The notes beneath the pieces were generated by a model. It made no database searches and was not told the DNA's origin. It saw nothing but the letters and a program-made list of their open reading frames with translations. Below, piece by piece: positions 39,106-49,187 of a DNA stretch of 64,000 bases; position 1 is the first letter of the stretch; each line of letters opens with the position of its first letter. The stretch is from Bacteroidia bacterium (GTDB taxonomy: Bacteria; Bacteroidota; Bacteroidia; NS11-12g; UBA9320), in contig CBDCFW010000002.1 in assembly GCA_965216465.1 (NCBI GenBank), positions 32,001 through 96,000 on the forward strand, read 5' to 3'. Made by a program: the position numbers and the translations under genes.

Positions 39106-42100
39106 CTATTGAACGATAAAGCGTGTTTCGCTTAATCCTTGACTTGTTTCTAAGACGAGAATGTAGTTTCCTCTTGCAAGACCAGTGCACTGTACATTGA
39201 ACTTGCCTCTTCCTTTTCGATTTATACTTGCATTGATAACTCTTCCATTTAAGTCTAGAACAGATGCTCGTTCAATCTCAACACCTTCTGTAACGTCGAC
39301 TGTAAAGCTGCCGTTGTTCGGGTTAGGATAAATCAATGCTCTCAGCTTGCCGTTAATTACAACACCGGTACTGTTAACCACTTTGATCGAGAATCCTTGT
39401 TTTTTGTATAAATTTCCTGAAGAATCCATGCCAATAGAGTCGGAGTATGTTGATCTGCAATTCACGTTATTCACCGTCAAGCTTACCAGATATTTTCCAA
39501 AAGTATCGTAGTCGTGGGTTGGATTTTGAACTGTAGAAGAACCTCCATCTCCCCATAGCCATAAATAACTTAAAGATGCACCCGAGGAACTATCATGAAG
39601 TAATACGCTATAAGTACTTGTAGTGTCTTTCGAGAACGAGAACTTGGCATTGCACCCACCGATGTTAACGGTTTGGCAACTATCCGCCTCGCAATTTGAA
39701 GTGTCTCTAACTGTTAAACATATGTCGCGTACACCAGAGCTAGTATAATTGTACGCGGAGTTATAAGCATGTGTTGTGTCGTTATTTTCTCCCCAATCCC
39801 AAACATAAGAGTTCCCATTATAGCCTTCATTAATTGTAGTAAGATCAAAGTTGTTTACGCTGTAGGTAAAACTCGGTTGTGCTGCTGAGGGGCCTGGATT
39901 AATTGTAACATTCATTGTAATGGAGTCAACACACCCCCAAACGCTTGCAACAATTAATTTGACAGCAAAGGTGCCTGCTGATTGAAATTCATGAACAGGA
40001 TGCTGAAGGTTGCTCTTAGGTGATCCGTCACCAAAATCCCATGTCCAACTGTTAGGTGCGTAGCCTCCTGTTTGCTCTGTAGAATCACCAAATTGAACTT
40101 TATAATGGCATCCTGCCGTCTGGTCTATATATCCAAAATTGGCTTGAAGATTTGTTGCGGTGACATTCAGGAAGGTGGTGTCTGTACAATTGTTCGAGTC
40201 TATTGCAACCACAGTAACTACGTAATCTCCAGGATCATCGTATATCTGATTTAGGGTTAAGCTTCTTTCAAAACTATAGCCATCAGTTGAATCCCAGTCA
40301 GCTTTGAAAACTTCTATGTTTGATAAATAACGAATAGGATCGTGCCAGTAATTAACTGGCCAAATGGGAAAGGTTGGAGGATCCATTTCACCATACTGAT
40401 AGTATCGTATTGAGTCATTCAGTTGGACATTTAATCCTTCGCAGATTGAATCATCGCTCAGCCCAAAATTGGCCATGAACCCGACGTTTAGTAACTCTGC
40501 ACCACGACGTTCACATCCTTTAAGATTTCTAAGAAAAACTGTAGGAACCATTGGACCTACATTATCTTTTAGTGTCGAATCCTTCTCATCAAAGTACTGA
40601 TAACGATGAGCCCAGACTCCAAAAGTGGTATCTGTTCCGTTAATCAGCGTATCATAACCCTGCAAAGATGAGTCTCTGAAATGCAAGATGTGAGCGATCT
40701 CTAGCGAATCAGTCTTGGCTGCATTGGTATAGCGGTAACGCTTATTACCATGCTGTATAACACTTTCACTATTGCGATTGTGTTCTTCATAATTCAATTC
40801 GAAAAACGAGCTTAACCCCGTGGTATCAATGCAACCAAAAGTTCCGTCTCCAAGCATTGCCAATAATTGTTCATCTGTAAACTCGTGGTAACACATATTT
40901 GTGACCATTTGATCCTGTAGAAAAATCATTGCGTCGTCATAAAGCGTAACTCGCCAGTCTTTGATTATTGCGCTCACAATCGTATCTATATCTTCTATTC
41001 CTGAGTTAATTAGCTTTTTTCGAACCACATAATTGTACTTCCAATTTTGGCCACTATAATTAATGTCTCGGTCATTTCTACTAGGTGAAGGCCCTAAATA
41101 ATCTTCTAAGTAATAAAATTCTTCAAAGTAAGCTTGTTCAAACTCAAGAGCATTAACTCCTTGGTCTCCCCAATAAAACCTGAGCACCTCAATGTTATCT
41201 TGTATTTCATCTTCTATTTTAAAATATGCAGTATCTCCCTTGCACATGGTCTTGGTAGTACCGCTTGGTTCTAAAATGTCGAAATTAGCATTGAGAGGTT
41301 GAAATTGGACTAAGTCGTGATACCAAAACGTATCAACGCAAATAGGCTGTCCCGAAATCAATGGGCCGTTTCCTACAATTAGCCCAACGGTTATGGCATC
41401 GTTTGGATGTGCTCCTGGAGAGCCAATTTCACCAGCTGTATAGCCCTTAATAAACTCATCACCATAGGTTCCTGTTAAGTCGTAAGGGTAAATAAAAGGT
41501 ATTGGGGTTCCGGGAGCTGGAGGTGCTAAAATTGCTCCAGAATTAAAAGCAAGGAAGTTCGAAGGATTTGCAAAAGAATCGAAATTTACAGCAAAGTATG
41601 ACTGACTTTGGGTGTTCATGTCGAAATGAAGAGAATAGTCCAAATTGTTGCCATCCATAGGGCATTCTATACCCGAAATTACTTCCAATTTACTTGCATC
41701 CGGTCGAGTGTTGATGATGTCAACTGTCGACATAGATTCTCTGCCTGATACGGTGTCTTTTAAGTATAAAGTTGCAAGATAATTGTGTGCAACAGTCTTG
41801 TGAAATATCGCTTCATGCCTTGAGTCAGTTGTATCAATCATGGCATTTACACACGAATTTGTGCCAGAGTTGTATTGTACCTCGCACAATGGCGTATTGG
41901 TCAAATAGTAGTCGTTGTAATAAACACTATCCCAGTTTTTATATTGATGAACCGGAAACTCATCCTCACTGTAATTGCAATTTACACCTATATTGAGTCC
42001 CTTGGCCGTTGATGTCGTGCAAGGCAAAGCAAATTCATCACCAAAGTCCCAGATTCTTTTTATGCGGCTATCACCTCTGTTGTTGATGTGTTGAGCTGTA

Positions 42101-42933
42101 GTGATTGCACTTTGATCTCCCTGACCAGTACTTAGATCGTAATTAAAAACCAATCGCGATTGACCATTTACCGTAATTATTGAATCTTCATCAGTAGAAT
42201 TGTCGTCATTTCTGTAGTAAGAAGAATGGTTGGTGAAATGTATGGAATCATTGCTACCACATTGGTATTTCTCACTTAGAGGAATGCGATCAAATGGTAC
42301 TTCAATTATGGCATTTGGTCCGTGTACTTCCAGAGTATCTAAAAATACCTTGAGACATCCTCCAACTTGAGCAGTAAATGAAATTAAATAAGCGCCAACT
42401 CCATAAGCGTGTTCTCCTTCAATATTTTGGTTATCAAAGTTTTGTGGGCCAGATGGAGGATCTCCATAATTCCACAAGAAATAAGTGAGGTCAGGACTGA
42501 TATTGTCGAATTTAAAGGCGTAACGAGACTGGCCAATCTCTTGGTGAGTGATCTTACCATCGAATTCTGTAACGGTGATAATTGAACTTACTGCCGTATC
42601 TCGACAGCCTGAATCGGTTAAAACGGTCAAGGTAATGAGGTATGATCCACCAGAATTGTAGGTGTGGTTAAATTTGAAATCATTGTTAGTCCCGTTCCAC
42701 CAAGCAGTATTGGTTATAGAATCTCCAATTATCAAACTTCCATCCCCAAAATCCCATTTGAATTCTGCAATAGTACTCAAGTCAAGGGGTGACGTATTGA
42801 TAATAGTCAACTCCAATGAATCGCAGCCTTCTGTATTATTTAAGCTAAATGATATACCAGTGCTTGGTGGACATTGAGCAAAAGAAAAGAGGTAGGTAAA
42901 AGCAAATAATAGAGTTAGTAAGGTAGATTTCAT
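39106..42933 (-). CDS. PKD-repeat surface protein with T9SS type A sorting domain
   Basis: Repeated WDFGDG/WxWGD PKD motifs; C-terminal IYPNPNNG...GNYILVL...RFIVQ; signal peptide from the ATG at 42933. Confidence 0.9.
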   Translation of the reverse strand: MKSTLLTLLFAFTYLFSFAQCPPSTGISFSLNNTEGCDSLELTIINTSPLDLSTIAEFKWDFGDGSLIIGDSITNTAWWNGTNNDFKFNHTYNSGGSYLITLTVLTDSGCRDTAVSSIITVTEFDGKITHQEIGQSRYAFKFDNISPDLTYFLWNYGDPPSGPQNFDNQNIEGEHAYGVGAYLISFTAQVGGCLKVFLDTLEVHGPNAIIEVPFDRIPLSEKYQCGSNDSIHFTNHSSYYRNDDNSTDEDSIITVNGQSRLVFNYDLSTGQGDQSAITTAQHINNRGDSRIKRIWDFGDEFALPCTTSTAKGLNIGVNCNYSEDEFPVHQYKNWDSVYYNDYYLTNTPLCEVQYNSGTNSCVNAMIDTTDSRHEAIFHKTVAHNYLATLYLKDTVSGRESMSTVDIINTRPDASKLEVISGIECPMDGNNLDYSLHFDMNTQSQSYFAVNFDSFANPSNFLAFNSGAILAPPAPGTPIPFIYPYDLTGTYGDEFIKGYTAGEIGSPGAHPNDAITVGLIVGNGPLISGQPICVDTFWYHDLVQFQPLNANFDILEPSGTTKTMCKGDTAYFKIEDEIQDNIEVLRFYWGDQGVNALEFEQAYFEEFYYLEDYLGPSPSRNDRDINYSGQNWKYNYVVRKKLINSGIEDIDTIVSAIIKDWRVTLYDDAMIFLQDQMVTNMCYHEFTDEQLLAMLGDGTFGCIDTTGLSSFFELNYEEHNRNSESVIQHGNKRYRYTNAAKTDSLEIAHILHFRDSSLQGYDTLINGTDTTFGVWAHRYQYFDEKDSTLKDNVGPMVPTVFLRNLKGCERRGAELLNVGFMANFGLSDDSICEGLNVQLNDSIRYYQYGEMDPPTFPIWPVNYWHDPIRYLSNIEVFKADWDSTDGYSFERSLTLNQIYDDPGDYVVTVVAIDSNNCTDTTFLNVTATNLQANFGYIDQTAGCHYKVQFGDSTEQTGGYAPNSWTWDFGDGSPKSNLQHPVHEFQSAGTFAVKLIVASVWGCVDSITMNVTINPGPSAAQPSFTYSVNNFDLTTINEGYNGNSYVWDWGENNDTTHAYNSAYNYTSSGVRDICLTVRDTSNCEADSCQTVNIGGCNAKFSFSKDTTSTYSVLLHDSSSGASLSYLWLWGDGGSSTVQNPTHDYDTFGKYLVSLTVNNVNCRSTYSDSIGMDSSGNLYKKQGFSIKVVNSTGVVINGKLRALIYPNPNNGSFTVDVTEGVEIERASVLDLNGRVINASINRKGRGKFNVQCTGLARGNYILVLETSQGLSETRFIVQ

Positions 42934-42975
42934 AATGACTACCAAAAGTACTCAAGAAACAGTGTAAATGCAATC

Positions 42976-44400
42976 TTAGAATTGACTTTCCAAGGCACCT
43001 AAATCTGGTAGCCCTGTACGGGTTCTATCACAAAAATCATCTGTAATTGCTGGATTCAGAATTAATCCGGCATCCTTAGCAGGAGATAATGTGTCTAGCT
43101 CAAAATTGAGTTGGTATGTATCGAGCAAGAGTGGGTCTTGGTCAACAATGTTATTTGAGCCTGGAGCACTGTAAAACGCTTCATTGGTGAGCAACAAATT
43201 ATAATCTACCACAGACGGGTTAATTATTTTGGAAGCGTCTAAATCGTTACCGATTTCACCATCTTGATTAGAACCGTAAATGATATTATTCAAGAAGGTA
43301 AATTGAATAGGGTGGGTGCTAATAATTTGTTGAAACTCATCGCGATGAACATTCAAAAATGCAAATGTTGGTCCGTTGCGGCTGAAATCGCGGGAGTCCA
43401 TATAGAATGTACTGTTTTTTACCGTGTAGTCTCCACCAAATGACCCGAGAAAGGTAAAACGGCCGCAATTGGTTACGATAGAATTTTCGACTTCGATGGT
43501 AGCATATCTTCCTGCAATACCATCAAAGTTCATGTTGCGAATAAAAGACTTTCGGATAGTAATGTTAGGGTTGTTTGGGTCACCACTAACCGTATCGCAG
43601 TAAACACCTACTGTCGCATTTTTAATGACGGCATGTTCTATTTCACTGCTGTGTGAAGGGTAGTTAATCCAAATTCCGCCCCATTGGCCAGGTGATTCTT
43701 CCCAGCTTGGTTGTAAGCGATCCCCTTGCATGAGCACAGGCTCGTCTTTTGCGCCTTGAATATTCACTTTACCTTCAACAAATAACCAGCTCGAAGGAGC
43801 GAAATGAATGTTCATGCCTTTTTCTATGGTCAATGTAACATCTGGCTTTACATAACAATATCCATAAACAACAATGGGTAAATTATCATTGGCCCAGGTA
43901 GTATCTGACTCGATGCTGTCTCTAAAAATATAGTGTGCGTCTTGTCCCCAACCAATTAAGTTGACTTTTTGCTCGTTGCCATTTGTGCTAAACATTAACG
44001 AATCGCGAATAATTAGTGGGTTATAATCCGGGTTATTGTTATTTGGATCAGGATGAACCTCAACAAAAAGAAATATGCTATCGTTCGGAAAGATTTCGAT
44101 GTTCTCAAAGTTGTGACCGGGCTCGCCATCAACATTTAGTCTGAAATGAGAACCTGTTCCTCCAGCTAATCGAATACTTGTTCTGATACTTTGATCATGC
44201 GGGTTTTTAACAAGAATCTGTTTGTTAACCGATTTTGGAACTCCGCCACGAACATTGGTGAATACGGTGTCGAACCATAATGTATCGGTATTGATTATGA
44301 CCGTGTCACTGCCACTTGTTGTGAATTCTTCTTTTTTACACGAAGTAAAAAGACCATACACGACAAGGAAGAATAATGCGTATTTAAGTAAACCTTTCAA
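42976..44400 (-). CDS. Lipoprotein with Ig-like and right-handed beta-helix regions (choice-of-anchor-Q-like tail)
   Basis: Lipobox FTSC-KKEE; DTLWFDTVFT, GQWGGIW; tail SPAKDAG...DLGALE; TTG start. Confidence 0.8.
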   Translation of the reverse strand: MKGLLKYALFFLVVYGLFTSCKKEEFTTSGSDTVIINTDTLWFDTVFTNVRGGVPKSVNKQILVKNPHDQSIRTSIRLAGGTGSHFRLNVDGEPGHNFENIEIFPNDSIFLFVEVHPDPNNNNPDYNPLIIRDSLMFSTNGNEQKVNLIGWGQDAHYIFRDSIESDTTWANDNLPIVVYGYCYVKPDVTLTIEKGMNIHFAPSSWLFVEGKVNIQGAKDEPVLMQGDRLQPSWEESPGQWGGIWINYPSHSSEIEHAVIKNATVGVYCDTVSGDPNNPNITIRKSFIRNMNFDGIAGRYATIEVENSIVTNCGRFTFLGSFGGDYTVKNSTFYMDSRDFSRNGPTFAFLNVHRDEFQQIISTHPIQFTFLNNIIYGSNQDGEIGNDLDASKIINPSVVDYNLLLTNEAFYSAPGSNNIVDQDPLLLDTYQLNFELDTLSPAKDAGLILNPAITDDFCDRTRTGLPDLGALESQF

Positions 44401-44492
44401 TGCTGTACTAACGAGTGTACAAAGGAAATATTTTATTTAGATTTACAAGGGAATGTCAGCAGTTTAGCATCTTCACTTTACAAAGTGAAAAC

Positions 44493-45827
44493 TTAAAACG
44501 CTCTTCGTACAGATAACTGAGTTCCGAAGTGTCGCGAGCGCATTTCAAGGGGATACTCATCAACATTCCAGTTGGTTAAATACGAATTGAAATACGGCTT
44601 GAGTAAAATGCTTGAATTTTGAGTTAAATCAGCTTCTAAAACGAGTTGAGCTGCAAATCCGATTCCCAAACTTGACTTATAGATGCCTTCATTCTCAACC
44701 CGTGAAACAGTGTACTCGTCAATCAAGAGTTTGCCATTGGTTCGGAGCAACATGTTGTACATTAATCCACCTTCGACTGCTAACTTGATTCGGTGTTTTT
44801 TGGGATTGTTAATTCGGTAACCTAGTTGAACAATTCCATTTACCGTGCTATAACGAATTTCGCCTTCACTGATATAGGTAATTTGTTGGGTGTTTCCGAT
44901 TTCTCCTTGGCCTTTTTCAATGATTAACTTGTTAATTGAATCTCTTCTGTAATAGAATTGATCCTTTTGTTGAGACCAGTTAATTGTAGTAAGCCCGTAT
45001 ACTCTTTTCGTAAAGTTTAATCCCGCACTTACCGATCCGCTCCAAGTGTACCAAGCAGATTCAGATTCATTTCTAAGGGTAGTCAGGCTCCCTTCTGGTG
45101 ATAAGGATTTGCTTTGAAACCCTATGCCTAAGCTTCCTTCAACAAAGTATGCATTTCGTTTTCTTCTCGACAAGGTGGTGTTTTGAGACGAAGGCAAGTT
45201 GCTTTGAAGACTTTCATCTTTTTCGTTAGGAGTATTCTCGGCTACTTCCGCATAGTCATAGACAATTACTTCATCTTCCGGCGTAAACTTAGCCTCTGGT
45301 ATAGTTGCATCAATTCCCAGATATTCAGCCGATTGACCTGCTGAAGCGACTGGTTTTACAGGATCCTCGTCAGTAAACAATATCGGCTCTGCATCTTCAT
45401 TACTAAGGATTTTAGGGCTAGTCTTTTCTGCAATCTTAACAGGCTTGGTAAGAGAAAGAAAAGTTGGTTTCTCAAGCTTGGATTTTTCATCGGTTGCTAA
45501 ATCGAGATCTTCGGAATTCGAGTTAGCATCTTTTACGTTCTGCTCGGATAGGGTTTGCACAACTTCTTTAACAGGTGCATCTGCCTGTACTAGATTATCA
45601 GCATAATTTGTCTGTTCGGTTACTTTGTCTTGTTTGTCAAGCCCCATCCATATTGCACCTGCACCCGCAACTGCAATAAAAAGCAGCAAAATCATACCTG
45701 ATCGATGTGCTGGTTTCGAACGTAGATTTTTTTCTATTCCGTCCCAAACTCCGGTAGGTGGGAGGGTCGATTCATTTCTTTCTAAATCTCTAAATCGTTG
45801 ATCTGTATTTCTATTCTTCTCCATCAT
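44493..45827 (-). CDS. Putative anti-sigma factor with N-terminal TM and C-terminal outer-membrane beta-barrel
   Basis: PPTGVWDGIEKNL anti-sigma-like head, one TM, low-complexity linker, amphipathic strands ending in Phe; ATGA-coupled to the sigma gene. Confidence 0.7.
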   Translation of the reverse strand: MMEKNRNTDQRFRDLERNESTLPPTGVWDGIEKNLRSKPAHRSGMILLLFIAVAGAGAIWMGLDKQDKVTEQTNYADNLVQADAPVKEVVQTLSEQNVKDANSNSEDLDLATDEKSKLEKPTFLSLTKPVKIAEKTSPKILSNEDAEPILFTDEDPVKPVASAGQSAEYLGIDATIPEAKFTPEDEVIVYDYAEVAENTPNEKDESLQSNLPSSQNTTLSRRKRNAYFVEGSLGIGFQSKSLSPEGSLTTLRNESESAWYTWSGSVSAGLNFTKRVYGLTTINWSQQKDQFYYRRDSINKLIIEKGQGEIGNTQQITYISEGEIRYSTVNGIVQLGYRINNPKKHRIKLAVEGGLMYNMLLRTNGKLLIDEYTVSRVENEGIYKSSLGIGFAAQLVLEADLTQNSSILLKPYFNSYLTNWNVDEYPLEMRSRHFGTQLSVRRAF

Positions 45828-46375
45828 TTTTGCAATCTTAATTGAGTTAAGTGTTTGTCTTTATTAATCAATTCTTGTAAAAGTTTTCTCGCCTTATACA
45901 ATTGACTTCTAGACGTGCTTTCGGAGCAATTAAGCTCTTGAGCAATTTCCGCATGCGACAATTCTTCAAACACGTATAAGCTAAATACCGTTTGATATCC
46001 AATCGGCATCGACTTGAGTAATTTAATTAGCTTGTTGTACGTGTACTTGTCAAAATCTATCTTCATTTCGTATTCTTGGTCGTGAGCAAAACTTTCGTCT
46101 AACGAAACGAATAATTGGTTTTTTCGTAAAGAACTTAATGCTGTACGCACCATGATCATTCGCACCCATGCAGCTATATTTCCTTCGTTTCTAAATTGGT
46201 GAATGTTGTTAAAAACCTTAATAAAACCTTCTTGTAAAACATCAGCGGCATCGCCAGAATTTTTACAATAGCGAAGGCAGATGGTGTACATCTGCCCGCT
46301 TAAGAGTTCATAGAGCTTCTTTTGGCTTTTTGGGTGATTTTTTTTACACCCCGCTATGCACTCATCAATACTCAT
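45824..46375 (-). CDS. ECF RNA polymerase sigma-70 factor
   Basis: SQKKLYE...AADVLQEGFIKVF...WVRMIMV; region 4 LSHAEIAQELNCSESTSRSQLYKAR. Confidence 0.95.
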   Translation of the reverse strand: MSIDECIAGCKKNHPKSQKKLYELLSGQMYTICLRYCKNSGDAADVLQEGFIKVFNNIHQFRNEGNIAAWVRMIMVRTALSSLRKNQLFVSLDESFAHDQEYEMKIDFDKYTYNKLIKLLKSMPIGYQTVFSLYVFEELSHAEIAQELNCSESTSRSQLYKARKLLQELINKDKHLTQLRLQK

Positions 46376-48081
46376 GGACCATTGAACTGGAACGTGCCTA
46401 AGAATTGTTCAGGTTGACCGTTTACATTTAAAAGCATTTTGACAGAACCTGTATATACATTTGCTTCTTCATCGAATATCACAGTAATTGTACTTCCTCC
46501 TCCGGATGAGAGGTATTCTTTGCCTGCTATTCTGTCATAGAATTTTTCGAAATGAATGGAGTATGTGTCGGGATTACCTGTGGTATCCTTCCAATACCAT
46601 CCAACTTCTAATCTACCTGCAGCACTTTCTGCTTTAAAATGAATCTCTTGGGTATTAAAAACGTCGAGAGTGAATTCGTCGAGGTATACATCCAATCCAA
46701 TATTTGCACAAGTATAATTACAGAATTCTTCGACTTTAGTGCAAGCTTCAAGTTGACCAAGACTGACTTCGTTTGAAGTAACGTCAATATCTCCTGAAAC
46801 TATATTGTTGTTATCCCTGTCAATTAACGTATAAAATATTTTAGTTGGTCTGTTTCCACAATAGTTCACCAATGAGTTAATTTTTCCATCGGTTACATTA
46901 AAAAACTTACCGCTTATGCCAATTAGGCCATTGGTAATAGGTTGGCCTTCACAGTTTAATAAAGTTCCTTCTATGCTCAGGGTTTTTTCACCGAACTTTT
47001 CAATTACTAAGTCTCCAATACCCATTTCTCCAGTGAACGGTCCAAAGTCGGCAAGATGAGCACCCCAAAATGGGTCTATACACTCTCCATTTGCTAAGAA
47101 TAATTCAAGGTCTCTGTTTGCTGGCAATCGAGTTGAAAAGCTTCCATCTTCGTTTGTGTTTACCGACCCCGCCAAACGACCTTCTGGTGTTTTTATGGAT
47201 GCGATAACATTTTTAACCGGTTCACCATCGGTATCAATTAATCGGCCAGAAACAATGGCAGCAGAATTTGGAACATCATAATTCCATGTACTGAAGTGAC
47301 TAACTTCTCCGATATATTTTGACCCAATTTTCGATGCCATACCTTCCTCTTCCCAAAGACCAGTTTCTTCATTAAAGTGCCAAAGCGGAATAGTCTCAGG
47401 GGCACTGGCTACCAAATATTGGGGAATTTCCGTTTCCATAATAACTGTATTGCCCGGTTTAATATTTAGATCAATATTGCCATTGCCTTTGAGCTCGACT
47501 GTAACCATGCCATAGCTGCTCAGGGTTTCAAACTCATCTTGTTCGTTTATGGCAGATAAATCACCAGGCATTTCAGAAAAAGCAAGTGGGTCAATGTAGG
47601 CAGTTTTGACCTCAACTTGGCCATTGTACGCATCTCCATTTGGCAGGATGAAAGCATTGGCAGGAAACTTAAGGCTTCCATTTACGATGGCAATAATGGC
47701 TTCGCTTGAAGAACTTATTGTACTGCTTTGTGTATTGGCCAACAACGTGGTGAGTTGATTAATCGTTCGCGGTTTGTCTGTTCTAAATGTTCTAAACCCG
47801 TCGAAGTATCCAATTTTAGAAATCTTAATAAAATTGTGTTGACTACCTACACTGACATTATGAAATTCATAGACTCCATGCTGGTCAGTCATGGCAACTT
47901 GATCATTGTATTCAACTTGTGCTCCAGAAATCGGTTGGTTGGTTTTGTCAAGAACCAAACCAACAATGTCTGATACGTGCGTGTCTTCCTGAGTAATAAT
48001 GAGTTCTTCACGATCTTTCTTACAACCAAAGAAAAATAAGAGAACGACTAAGGTTGAAGCGAATAGTTTTTTGATAGTCAT
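46372..48081 (-). CDS. Surface lipoprotein with carboxypeptidase-regulatory-like (transthyretin-like) domains
   Basis: MTIKK...FFFGC-KKDREE lipobox and export-like signal; GLVLD...PISGAQV; LSSYGM, PLWHFNE..GLW.EEG, HFSTWN. Confidence 0.8.
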   Translation of the reverse strand: MTIKKLFASTLVVLLFFFGCKKDREELIITQEDTHVSDIVGLVLDKTNQPISGAQVEYNDQVAMTDQHGVYEFHNVSVGSQHNFIKISKIGYFDGFRTFRTDKPRTINQLTTLLANTQSSTISSSSEAIIAIVNGSLKFPANAFILPNGDAYNGQVEVKTAYIDPLAFSEMPGDLSAINEQDEFETLSSYGMVTVELKGNGNIDLNIKPGNTVIMETEIPQYLVASAPETIPLWHFNEETGLWEEEGMASKIGSKYIGEVSHFSTWNYDVPNSAAIVSGRLIDTDGEPVKNVIASIKTPEGRLAGSVNTNEDGSFSTRLPANRDLELFLANGECIDPFWGAHLADFGPFTGEMGIGDLVIEKFGEKTLSIEGTLLNCEGQPITNGLIGISGKFFNVTDGKINSLVNYCGNRPTKIFYTLIDRDNNNIVSGDIDVTSNEVSLGQLEACTKVEEFCNYTCANIGLDVYLDEFTLDVFNTQEIHFKAESAAGRLEVGWYWKDTTGNPDTYSIHFEKFYDRIAGKEYLSSGGGSTITVIFDEEANVYTGSVKMLLNVNGQPEQFLGTFQFNGP

Positions 48082-48338
48082 GTTTCGTGTCTTTTTTAAT
48101 ATGAGCAGCTTAAATTTGAATTCGTTGCCCAGAATTTTCATTTTTTGTGAAGTTAGCACTTAATGCCTGCAATTCGAAATACGATTAACAAGCGGGAAAG
48201 CCAAATTGGGAGGTGGGATAGAGTTAATGGGTCAATTGAGAAGGTCGTTAGTTTGTTCATAGTTATTATTTTGACACGTGGTTTTAGAAATGGTTGCAAG
48301 CTCATCGAACAAAGAATCTCGTTATCTTTGTTTTAGGC

Positions 48339-49187
48339 ATGGCTATTTTCACGCTGAAGACTCAAACAAAAGAATACTACGAAGACCAATTTGATACCCA
48401 AGGAGAAATTGTGGTAGAGGAGGATTTATTGGGTTTTAACGAATATGCCAACACTGGAATCTTTAAATACAAGTCTTTGGTCTTAGAACATGTAAGTTCA
48501 GTGTGCTTTGAAGATAGCGATGGGCCATCATTGCAAATCTGGTCGTCACTCAGAGAGTTTACTTTTCAGTATGATAATGGCAAGCAATACTGCATTGAAA
48601 CCATATCGAGAGATGTTTCTATTGGGTATCCTAAGTACTCCATTCTGGAAATTATTAAATTCTTTTTTGAAGAAGACATTGAGACAAAATTGCGACTGGA
48701 AGATATACGAGAAGAGCAAGAAGTTGAGACTTCAATGATAAAATATAAAATCAGCACCAAAAGAGTGTTAGCCTACTTTTGGTATAATATTTTTATAGCG
48801 ATTGTTATAATGCTTTTGTTAGCGACAGGTGAAAATGTCACTATCTTCTATCCAATAGCATTTTCAATTTTGTTGATGCATCAACTGCTAATGCTTGTTT
48901 TTTATTGGTATAAGAATCGGGGAACTCAAGTGTTTGTTGATTTTAGGAATCATAGATTACGAGTAATTCAAGATGGGAAGGATTTAAGCTTTAAACGGTC
49001 AGACGTGGACTACATTTTAACCGATATTCTAATTGGTAAAAGTGATCAACGCCTACCCCATAATACAAAGGTGTTTCTAAAATCAGGGGAAAGGGTCTAT
49101 TTAAGCTGTATCCTCATTCCCAGCGATCGTGTAATTTCTTGTTTAGATATGAGAGGAAAATGGTTGAAGTCGGTTTTCCCAATTTGA
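48339..49187 (+). CDS. Hypothetical membrane protein
   Basis: ATG at 48339 after TATCTTTG (48323-48330); two TMs in the C-terminal half. Confidence 0.65.
   Translation: MAIFTLKTQTKEYYEDQFDTQGEIVVEEDLLGFNEYANTGIFKYKSLVLEHVSSVCFEDSDGPSLQIWSSLREFTFQYDNGKQYCIETISRDVSIGYPKYSILEIIKFFFEEDIETKLRLEDIREEQEVETSMIKYKISTKRVLAYFWYNIFIAIVIMLLLATGENVTIFYPIAFSILLMHQLLMLVFYWYKNRGTQVFVDFRNHRLRVIQDGKDLSFKRSDVDYILTDILIGKSDQRLPHNTKVFLKSGERVYLSCILIPSDRVISCLDMRGKWLKSVFPI

Noticed and set aside
44472-44489. Hairpin ttcacttt-ac-aaagtgaa as a terminator
   Set aside because: AT-rich stem, 2-nt loop, and no U tract on the transcribed (minus) strand.
48194-48231. G-quadruplex
   Set aside because: Four GGG tracts exist but two loops are 11 nt, so stability is doubtful; kept only as a possible direct-repeat site.
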